From: Perkinsus olseni
Lineage: Eukaryota
Assembly (NCBI GenBank): GCA_013115125.1
Contig: JABANN010000191.1
Location: 1 to 54,892, forward strand
Length of the DNA stretch: 54,892 nucleotides
Reading direction: 5' to 3'
The position numbers were made by a program, and so were the translations under genes. The notes beneath the pieces are model-generated. The model was not told the DNA's origin, ran no database searches, and was given only the letters and a program-made list of their open reading frames with translations. The first letter of the stretch is position 1; the number at the start of each line of letters is the position of its first letter. Positions 45,883 through 54,892 of the stretch are shown piece after piece.

Positions 45883-48618
45883 TCAATCGACCACCCACAT
45901 ACAGTGCATAACCGATACCAGGCCCATGATTACCACAGCTTCATCTGATCGTCTCATCTGACTGGGGGAAGAGTGCCACACGGAGTCATCGTTAGCAGGT
46001 CGTTGACAAGCGGCACCACCATCAAATGGGCGGGTATTGTCCTCGCTCACCCGCGAGGGTGGACCACCATCGTCCGCAGCTCCAGTCACCTCATCTCCGC
46101 CCTCACAGGCAGGATCTGGTTGATGCCACGATACAGGCTCTGGTTCCGCGTAATGGCCCCAATCTTGACCCCTCCTCGTTCCACGCCGCTTGACCTCATC
46201 CGATAACAACTGCAAGAGATTACCAAAGCGACTTCGCACTTTGAAGCTGGGATGAACATTGCGCCATCTCCTGGCGTCGTCGAGTAATTCTTGATTGGTC
46301 TCCAACCAATCCCTGAGAGCCTGGTCTTCCAACGACCTCATAGCGGATAGCATGGGTAGCTCGATCGCGTTCAGTGTGGCCTCAGCATCTTTCGCCTTCG
46401 AGCTGCTCTCATCCGTGAGGCCCGTACGATCCGAAAATGGCCGCGGAGGTTCAACATCGGAGTCGACCTGTATTCTAGTCAATCTAGTAGGACCCAACTG
46501 AGGACCGCAAGCGCCCCGCGTGGAAGGGAAGCCCGGCTCTGGCCCGCCATCAGAAGAATCGTCGCTTATCTCCACAACCGCGGCAGCGCGCTTGAGCCTG
46601 CGCCTCCTCCTCACGCGCCCCGTAATTGACGACTCACTGCGTTTACGCTTCCGTCTCCCCTCGTCTCCGCTCTCATCAGTAAAAAGACCCCGAGCACCGT
46701 CCCTCGGCATGCGGCTATCACCAGTGGAACAGCGCGGATTATCGGCTTCAGGGCTCTCTTGTACGATTATCGGGTAAGCGTTAGAGTCACCGTGAGAAGC
46801 TAAGGACGGCGGCGAGCCTCGCCCGGTAGCAGAGCTACGGCGACCCTCCCTGAGCCTCTTCCGGTTTGGCCAATGATCCGTAGGTGGAAACAAGCCGCCA
46901 GTGGTCACCGAGTCCACCGTCCGGCCAGAACCGTCCTCATCATCAAAGGCAACAACCTCTGCCACTATGGTCTCGCACAGCTCGCTGAGTGCGGAGCTCC
47001 TGGAAGCCCGAGGGACGTGCACTGCCGTCGCTCTCACTACAGCAGGCTGGCAGTAGAGCTCTTCAGTCTTCACAGGGCGGTCATTGGTGGAATCCGACAA
47101 GCCCACGCTACCCTTGTGGTTGCCAGGCAGGTCGGCCGACGATATCGGTTTGCTAACCTTGCTCCCCCGAGATGTGAGATCCCCAGCGCCCGAATCAGAG
47201 GTGGTGGGGCTTGGATTTCCCGGGCCGAGAAGTACGCTTCGCTGGGGCCTCGACCAGTCAAGGAGATGCTCCTCTTCAGCAACATAGACAGTTTCATCAG
47301 ATAGATGTCTCCGTCGCAAACCCAGTGCATGAGAAGTGATGTAAAAGTCTTCGCCTCCCGATAGGAGCAATCCGAAGCTGCTATCGGCTATCCACATACC
47401 TTCCTCTGCGTGTTCGCGTCCAGTTGGGTCCTTGGCTAAGACGTCATCAGAGGGAGGGCAATAGGCTAGCCCGCTAGTAACAGACGAGTAGCCGGAATGC
47501 TTGAAGCGACAGACAAGATCCAAGACATTGGATTGCGTGAACTCGTAGAGGCCCAGCCAATCACCTTCGCCGCCGACCACCAGTTTCGTCGAACTCAGCC
47601 ACGTCACGCACTCGAGACCCTTCTCCTGCAGCGCATCGAGCCAGTTTGGGGCAGTCACAGCAACTTCTATCAGACCTAGATTCCACACGTGAACAGAGCC
47701 GCCATCAGTGGTGCCCGCCAAGTGCTGGAGGCCTGGAGACAGGCACAGGCATGATATAGGTGATGGCGTATCCACCCGTATCAAAGCAGTGCTGACCAAC
47801 TGGTGATCGTCCGTGTGTGAAATACCGTATAAGCAAACAGCCGGGTTAGAGGAGCATAAGGATAGGGCGACGCTCACTGTGTCACCGACCAGCACTTGAC
47901 GTGACGTGCAGTCGCTCGGAATAGCAGAACTACACGAAGGGACCCCAGCCAATGCATTCGGAGTCTCACCCGAGAACTTCACCTCGAGAATGGTGCGAAC
48001 AGCTATGGACTTGGGGTGAGGCTCCAACTCGTAGACTTTGAACCAACCTTCTCGTTTGGTATCGTCCGAAACGGCGCCACCTTTCCACGGAGCTGCTGTC
48101 GCCAGCACCCGGGTTCTGCCGTCCGGTAGAGTCCAAAACTGAGCGTCCATAATGTCGGTCATAATTTTGGCAGCCGTAACGCCTCGCCATTTGCCGTCCT
48201 TACCGCGTCTACTGAAGACGCGTGCCCCGAGCCCTTCGTAGCCTGCGAATACCAGGCCCTGATGATTGAGGGCAATAGTAGCCTGATAGGACCCTCCCAA
48301 CTTCCGTTGTTCTCGAGCGGATACCGGAACTCGGAGGTCAGTGCCTTCCGTGATAACATAACGTCGACCGTCGTCCTTGTTGTCGGCTGAGTAGTACTTG
48401 AAAAGTTGTACCAGAGCGGACTCATACGCCACAGTGACCGTGAAAGAGCACGCCATCGAAGGGGGCTGGTCGTCGTCCCGGTTGATGTGGACGTAGGTGA
48501 CAGACTCATCGTTGACCGGAATGAGAGTGTGCGGTCGACATGCGACGATCGGCAGGGACATTTCCAGAGGATCCGCTCTGGGAGGCGGCTTTAGCCGAAG
48601 GCTACAGTACAGGGCCAC
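45883..48618 (-). CDS. WD40-repeat protein with disordered basic/acidic C-terminus, intronless (ATG start probably at MSLPIV, ~48561)
   Basis: ISCLCLSPGLQHLAGTTDGGSVHVWNL, LECVTWLSSTKLVVGGEGDWLGLYEF, LLLSGGEDFYI; NLS-like RRKRKR and RRRRRLKR. Confidence 0.75.
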   Translation of the reverse strand: MALYCSLRLKPPPRADPLEMSLPIVACRPHTLIPVNDESVTYVHINRDDDQPPSMACSFTVTVAYESALVQLFKYYSADNKDDGRRYVITEGTDLRVPVSAREQRKLGGSYQATIALNHQGLVFAGYEGLGARVFSRRGKDGKWRGVTAAKIMTDIMDAQFWTLPDGRTRVLATAAPWKGGAVSDDTKREGWFKVYELEPHPKSIAVRTILEVKFSGETPNALAGVPSCSSAIPSDCTSRQVLVGDTVSVALSLCSSNPAVCLYGISHTDDHQLVSTALIRVDTPSPISCLCLSPGLQHLAGTTDGGSVHVWNLGLIEVAVTAPNWLDALQEKGLECVTWLSSTKLVVGGEGDWLGLYEFTQSNVLDLVCRFKHSGYSSVTSGLAYCPPSDDVLAKDPTGREHAEEGMWIADSSFGLLLSGGEDFYITSHALGLRRRHLSDETVYVAEEEHLLDWSRPQRSVLLGPGNPSPTTSDSGAGDLTSRGSKVSKPISSADLPGNHKGSVGLSDSTNDRPVKTEELYCQPAVVRATAVHVPRASRSSALSELCETIVAEVVAFDDEDGSGRTVDSVTTGGLFPPTDHWPNRKRLREGRRSSATGRGSPPSLASHGDSNAYPIIVQESPEADNPRCSTGDSRMPRDGARGLFTDESGDEGRRKRKRSESSITGRVRRRRRLKRAAAVVEISDDSSDGGPEPGFPSTRGACGPQLGPTRLTRIQVDSDVEPPRPFSDRTGLTDESSSKAKDAEATLNAIELPMLSAMRSLEDQALRDWLETNQELLDDARRWRNVHPSFKVRSRFGNLLQLLSDEVKRRGTRRGQDWGHYAEPEPVSWHQPDPACEGGDEVTGAADDGGPPSRVSEDNTRPFDGGAACQRPANDDSVWHSSPSQMRRSDEAVVIMGLVSVMHCMWVVD

Positions 48619-49518
48619 TCAAACGTGAATCGGGCACGGAGCCACTCATCGCAGGCTGCGATTCGCAGCACCAGTGACATCTCGGGAAAACCAGCACGCG
48701 TGCACATGACGGAGCGAAGTGAAGCACGAGTGTCGGAAAAGCTCCTACGATTCCAAAGGTTGAACTGCCCATGTGCCACGGCTTTGGTCGCTGACCACAG
48801 TTGTCGGATTGAAGGTATGATTCTCGATAGAGGCTTATAGACCCTCAGCTGGAAAGTTACGGCCATTCATAATGTTGAAGGCAATGGCGACTGACGATCC
48901 GTAAGGGCGCGCAGCGATAGGGAAAACTAGCCCGTGTGGTAGTAGCACGCATGAAGTTTATGCCACGAACAAACCATGTTATAGCGATGCTGTTGTCCGC
49001 ATCCCTTTGAGCGTTGATCCTTTGATTTCTTAGGAGCCTTAACGATAGTTTAACTATCGTAGTTAAGACCAGTCCACGATTGGCGAACAAGATGCAGTAG
49101 GCAAGGAAAAGCCGATATATAAATAGGGGCAACTATGAGAATAGCTTACTCGCAGAGATCGACCAGCTTCACGTGTATGCATACATACCTTGGCGCGCCG
49201 AACCTTGACGACTCTACTGATGAGCTTAAGCTAAACTCGCACAAGTTAAAGGGTTTAACGACTCTCCCATCTTCACGTTACCCTCCGTGTCACGCCGCCC
49301 GTGCACAGTCAAGGCGAGGACCGATAACGATGATCATGATCTAGTGCTTGCCCTGCCCTAGGAAAGACTCTCTTCGAGCAAGTTGCCTGGTTCGCTCGAA
49401 CTGAAGCTGCGCATGTGACAGAGAAATCTTCACTGCGCCAGTGGGAAACCACTGACGATGCAGCGACTCATTGTGGCCCAGTTGATGCGCACTCAAGCCG
49501 GTTTGCCGTCGCGGAATA

Positions 49519-52381
49519 TCACGTTATTCGTGTGAAGAAATACTCGAGTCGCGGATCTTCTGTACGCATCTTTCCATCTTGCCAGCCCCTGACGAGGTTC
49601 AAGTTATGTAGGAAGGCCGCATAGTGGGTGCTGTTCTCGTGGTGGCCGCCTGCTTCCAGTAGTCTAGAGAAGCAGCTCTCCGCGAGAGATATCGAATAGA
49701 CGGCACCGTCTGAGGAGGATGATAAATATTTACATCACACGGTGGGCAAGGCCCTCAGCGACTTGCGTAGGGTAACACGGGCAGCTGGTAACCTAACCGA
49801 CGAGCTGAGACGTTGCCTGATCGCTTAGGATTTACTCACAGCTCGCACGCCCTGACCGGTTCCCACGCCGGTCAACAACGATCTATGGGAGGCGATAGGC
49901 TCACCTAAGTCTCCTTGCCAAACGGACAGCGCTGCAGCGTTCGACCACAGGACCGGGTGGTTTGTATCGTACCTCGCGGAGAATAAATCCATGGGCTAGC
50001 CTCAAACGCTGTGGCTGCCAGAATGGCGGAAAGCAGAGGCTTTTCAACTTGAAGGAAAATACTCAGGTCCGAACGGTGCATACTGTATGGCTTCCATCAG
50101 GGTCCGCACTCCTTCGTCGAATCTACCATCTTGCCATACCAAACAGATGGCCAGGGCGTTGAGTGCATGGGGGACACGTCGTACTATGCCTAGCCCCTCT
50201 CTCAGAAGGGGCATCCCCGCTGCACAGTCACCCAAGGCCGCAAGGGTGTATCTGTGATCAAAGCTAGCTAGACACAGCAGGACAAATACCCCACCCCGCA
50301 TCCACGAGGAAGGCAAACCGAGATGTATCATCGAACCCGATGCCATGGCCGTTGCTGATCTTCACCATCCGCGTATGGGCTTGCCACAGCTGAAAAGGTG
50401 GGGGTCATGTTAGTCATCACGCGCTGATTCTCTTGTGCATGCGTGCATAGCTAGCACTCCAGCAACAAGATAGAAAGACGCCATCCTCCTTCCCAGCTTG
50501 CATTGACTATGAGCGACTGAAGGCCCCTGGCGAGCCCTACCTCGCCACGCTCAAGATGTATCTGGGCTACGCTGTAGTCCGTCACCGCATTGTCGTCGAA
50601 GATGCCCAGGCTCGCTTCGTATATCTCCCGTGCACCCTCGAGGTCCCCTTTCGAGTGGAGTACCGTACCATACCTGAGCACCAGAGGCCCGTCCGCAAGA
50701 CCGTGGTGGAATGGTCCTATCATCACTGATGTAGCGTCTTGCAACTCCTCCCCCAGGCCAGGGCGTCGGTCTCGTACAACTGGGCTCGGGTCTGCCATAG
50801 CCTCAGTCGACCGACGAAGAGGTTCAAGTAAAGGATCGAAAGCGCGACGAGGATGAGGAAGCCCCACGGCCTGAACTTGGACCCCGCCCGAACCAACAGA
50901 AGCATGGCGCCCACTGAGGGGATATACAGCAGCCTCTCACCGATCACCGTCCCAACGACTATCAATACGTTACTTGCAGGGACAAACGTTACGACCACTA
51001 CACCGAGTCCGAGAAGCCCCGTCCGGCAGCGATCGCGAAGGAAGACAGCAAGCAAGGCAGTGACCAGCGCATAGATGGCGAGGGGACCAAGGAGCCGATG
51101 GTCGTCTAGAGATCGCACAGCCGGTATGGCATCGTAGGAGTAGTCCCAAGACTGGTGCCACGGTAACAAGAGCAACTTGGCGTAGACAAAGTGCAGATGC
51201 ATGAACGATAGTCCACGGACCTGGGCGTCTGTGAGGTAGAGGTAGGGGACATCAGCGTAGGCGAAGTTCACCGGGTTGCCGCCGACTAGCAGCCATCGGA
51301 AGACGACCAGACTAAAGGTGGCCAGGGTGACGACGATGGAGTGGACGTACTTGCGGGGCTCGGTGGACAAGAGCAGCACGACGATGATGAGAGGGAGGAA
51401 GGTGAAGCCCGACTCCTTCGCAAATGCCGACAGAACGGCCAAGACGACTGCCAAGGGAAGGGAGGATGTGACTGATAGAAGGGCGAGGCACCCTAGGAGG
51501 CAAGCTAGCGAGTCGGCCTGGCCGACGACGTAGACGATGTTCTCGACGTGGACAGGATGGACTGCGAATAGCAGCGCTACCACAGCACACCAGAACGGGA
51601 CAAGGCCGACAACTCGATGGGAGAGGAGAGCGACAGTGACGGTAGTGAGGCTGTGGATGGCACAGCCGAGGAGGCGGAGGGCGAAGGCTGTGGGGTAGGT
51701 GGGCACTAGGAGGGTGATGACGAGACGGTAGAGGAGGGTGGTGACGGGGCGGAAGGACTTATGTGTTGCTCTGGGATCTCCGAAGAGGTAGTTACCCCAG
51801 AAGTCGTGGGTGAATACCTGCAGTCAGGGTCAGCCTGCCTGCTCAGAATCACGGTGCTATTCTTGGTTATTTGGCCGGCCAAGTTGTTTGTTATTTTTGG
51901 TAAAAAATATATCAGACAATAAAGCAACCGGAGTACATCGCTCAAACTGTGGTCGTCGCGGCTGTCGCTCGTCACAAAATTGTCCGTGATTCTGTCTACT
52001 GCTAGGCTTAAGTGATCTATCATTCAACTGTGGATGGTTCATTGAGGTTCGATGATCTGAGTTTGAGCTCTCCGATACCATGGCATTGTGCTATCTGAAT
52101 TACACAAGCCTACGAGCCCTATTTGATAAGGAACACTTTTTCTGTCCCTTGCAATAAATCCAGCGGAGCGAAACAGCGGCCGACCTCAGCCCACGGTCTA
52201 TCCCCGTTAGCAATGCCATTCTTCAAAACAGCAGGCAGTTCATCAATGAACCACTCGCGGTAGGATACGCACATGTACGCTGGCAAGGTGGCGATGAGAC
52301 CTGAGCCAGATAAGAGAAGGACTACTGTAGTCTTCTCGTTGGCACCCCTGTCGGCTGACCTAAGAGGCAGGCAGCCCACAT
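49519..52381 (-). CDS. TMTC-family protein O-mannosyltransferase (DUF1736 plus TPR), multi-exon
   Basis: WFIDELPAVLKN..., VFTHDFWG..THKSFRPVTTL, LLFAVHPVHVENIVYVVGQAD, AKESG, DYSYDAIP, GTVIGERLLYIPS, followed by TPR-like helices. Stop at 49519-49521. Confidence 0.9.
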
Positions 52382-52447
52382 CCCTCCGTTCGTTGCCGGG
52401 GACCGGACAGTGCTCTCGTCATCAGTGACAGTCGCTTGGTAATGGCC

Positions 52448-53140
52448 CTCAGTGGATGCTGTAGGGCATCCCGTAGAAGTAGATGGTGACGGGGAAAGCA
52501 TCTACGACCGTGACACAGAGCGATTACGACAGGTCGTATCTTTTGACCGTGAGACGAGCAAGCATGACGGTGACAAGGAACTCTGCATCGACGCTCACCG
52601 ATGTCTTCTCATCTTCCGAATCCTGTGGTGACACGCCGGGGGTGACAAGGGAGAACTCCTGCGGCCCTTCGGCTTGTAGTTCGGGCGAGTTCACATCCCC
52701 GACCAGGTCGGCGCCCCAGCGCTGATCGTAGAGGACGTCGGTCGACTCGTCAGCCTCGGTCGTGGCGGCCATCGGGATGCAACGAAGGCTGCAGGAGAGG
52801 CTGCAGGAGGGAGCTATTGCATGCTCCTGACTGACAGCGAGCTTCGACCTCGTTCCGAAGGGGACTTGACGACGTAGTACGTTCTCCTGGCGTTCCGCTG
52901 GTCATCATCGCGCAATAGATTCACCAACTCCTCTTGGATGATGGTACGCCTCACCAGTTCGATCATGGATAATGGCAATTGCTCCTATCGCTCGTTGCGA
53001 GGTTATCACGGTGATGCTACATACGAGTAGTTGTCCCTGTGGGGGCCCTGTGGATGCGCTCTGGACAAGCATCCCTCCACATCGATCTGTTAGGCGAATC
53101 TCGAACCTCAGACGGGTCTATCGGCGTCTAACGACGCCGA
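52448..53140 (-). CDS. Hypothetical protein exons (may be the spliced 3' end of the upstream gene)
   Basis: Protein-like segments MIELVRRTIIQEELVNLL, ORF 52524-52772 and DAFPVTIYFYGMPYSIH*. Structure unresolved. Confidence 0.35.
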
Positions 53141-53169
53141 CGAGTGTCCGATACTGTACATGTTGTACT

Positions 53170-53257
53170 AACAACAACGCAAGGCACGTCATTACAGCAA
53201 CAACAACAACAACAACAACGCAAGGCACGTCATTACAGCAACAACAACAACAACAAC
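53170..53257. repeat. 41-bp direct duplication containing a (CAA)n microsatellite
   Basis: GCAAGGCACGTCATTACAGC(AAC)n at 53179 and 53220. Confidence 0.85.
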
Positions 53258-53287
53258 CTCAGTCCAGCGGTGGTAGCTGTTGTAGCT

Positions 53288-54343
53288 TCACACGCTTCTC
53301 CACGCTCTGATATCTCGACGGCCGTATGTTCTAACATGTTTATTAGTCGACACGGAAGTGTCCTTCACACGGTCGTAGCCTTTCATAGCCGTCGAGTACC
53401 GACCACCACCACCACCACGGGCAAGCCCTCCCACAGACGCCCTAATCCACTGTAGAGGATCCGCCTTGTCGAAGACAGGTTCCAATATCGTGTACCTTAT
53501 CATCAAGGACAGATCCATCCCGTTGAGCCGGCTTCGCCCCAGGTCGGCGATTTGGGCCAAGAACACATCCCCAAGCTTGAGATAGAGGACACGATAGGAA
53601 GCAGCGTCCACATCACCCTCCTCACCGGGCTCAGCGACCACACGTCTTCGAGTGAGGTCTCCGTAATTCACCTCGGTGACCTCAAGATTCGGAGACCCGT
53701 CCTTGTACTCGAGGGAGATGCGCAAATCTTCAGAGTTGCCGAACCATTTGCCATCAGTCGCCGGCGGTCTCGGGTCGGGAGTGACCAACTCTGTGAGGAC
53801 CCCCTCCCTGCACATCGTCTCCAATTCCGTCATAATTTTTCTCTTCTCTCTGTCGTTTTCCATGTCCACAAGCTTCGTAGAGATCTCACCCAGAGGAGCC
53901 ACCCAACGCTCTACGTACGAGACGGCGGAGAAGCAAGTCTGGTTGGTGCCGTTTCCGAGCGTGGCAAGGTACTCCTGAGTTCCCCTGGGCCACTTCGCCG
54001 CTCGAATCGCGGTGATTTTGGTGACAGTCCCCTCGTTGATGGTGTGGTCATCATCGTCATCAAAGCCGAGGAAGTCATAGTAAGCATGGCGTATCCCATC
54101 TTGAAGCTTGTAAGATACGGAAAGGTTGACGGTCTTGCCACCGCCGGAGGGCTCCGGGTGACTTCCCCCTCCTCTGACGACCTCATGCGGGAATAGGTAA
54201 TAGCGTGCTTTGTTGTAGGGCCCGGTCAAGCAACGCGGGTGGCGTATCCCACCCTCCACCACAAGGGTTGAGGCAAGCACGAAGAGGAGTAGAAGTTGAA
54301 TCTTCGATCCAGACCGCCAAAGGTGTTCGCCAAAGGCCGGCAT
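53288..54343 (-). CDS. Lineage-specific putative secreted protein (351-aa ORF)
   Basis: Signal-peptide-like IQLLLLFVLASTLVVEG followed by a globular-looking sequence. No known family recognised. Confidence 0.65.
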   Translation of the reverse strand: MPAFGEHLWRSGSKIQLLLLFVLASTLVVEGGIRHPRCLTGPYNKARYYLFPHEVVRGGGSHPEPSGGGKTVNLSVSYKLQDGIRHAYYDFLGFDDDDDHTINEGTVTKITAIRAAKWPRGTQEYLATLGNGTNQTCFSAVSYVERWVAPLGEISTKLVDMENDREKRKIMTELETMCREGVLTELVTPDPRPPATDGKWFGNSEDLRISLEYKDGSPNLEVTEVNYGDLTRRRVVAEPGEEGDVDAASYRVLYLKLGDVFLAQIADLGRSRLNGMDLSLMIRYTILEPVFDKADPLQWIRASVGGLARGGGGGRYSTAMKGYDRVKDTSVSTNKHVRTYGRRDIRAWRSV

Positions 54344-54892
54344 GAAGGACTACTACAAGAAGGGGAAAATCGAAATTCACTTCAAAGACGATCATGATCG
54401 CCGCAGCAGCAGCCCGCTTGAGAGACAGAGGGGAGATTTGTACTATTCCGGCTGTTACCACCAGCTTGTTGAAGGGTTCAAGACCCACGAAAATACTGGT
54501 CCAAGGCCTTCAACTTTGAACCTCCGCGGGAATGTAAACTCTCATCAATCAGACTACTGCTGCTGCTGGTGCTAAAGGTGGACAGATACAACTCAGTTTT
54601 CAGTTTCAGGAAAACACAGTATTAAGGCGCACTTCGAATTTTACCGTAAATGTGTAGTCCCATCAACCACACCGCTGTCAAGAGACTGCTTAAGGCCGAC
54701 TCAGTGTTGACACAACGGCCGAGTTTGGTCAGAGTTTTACGTCGGTGGGCGGCCACACCGACGAAAAACTTATCCGTGATTCACCCATAAAATTCCTAAT
54801 TTATATATTTCGTGATCATTCCGGGGCTCCTAATTTCGTCAACATCGTCAACGTTGTCCAAATTCCGAACGCAGCTAATGTTGACAACGTTG

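Overview
This is compact, intron-rich eukaryotic genomic DNA with many 40-60 nt GT-AG introns and three N-gaps that each sit in a tandem repeat. Gene style and a near-perfect spliced-leader relic suggest the alveolate Perkinsus, which is an inference. Genes I reconstructed by hand across introns: a DZIP1/Iguana-like zinc-finger protein, a PIH1-domain protein, VPS54 (interrupted by a ~1.7 kb insert), a TIP30/HTATIP2-like reductase, an RRM protein, a Rad21/Rec8 kleisin, two tandem acyl-protein thioesterases, a DBP2/DDX5-like helicase, an intronless WD40 protein, a TMTC-type O-mannosyltransferase and several hypothetical or secreted proteins. There are also tRNA-Arg(CCT) and tRNA-His(GTG). The 9-19 kb region is a mosaic of duplicated and decayed gene fragments. 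Two patterns stand out. (1) Six short elements reproduce the exact geometry of a tRNA 3' half, each from a different apparent isotype. Five lie in small predicted spliceosomal introns (four of 43-53 nt, one of 41 or 64 nt), in either orientation. (2) A recurrent 22-nt '7-8-7' direct/inverted/direct motif matches hairpin-type (hAT-like, 8-bp target) excision footprints. It clusters in hotspots, and one case can be checked against an empty paralogous site. Exon boundaries are manual and approximate, and no database searches were run.
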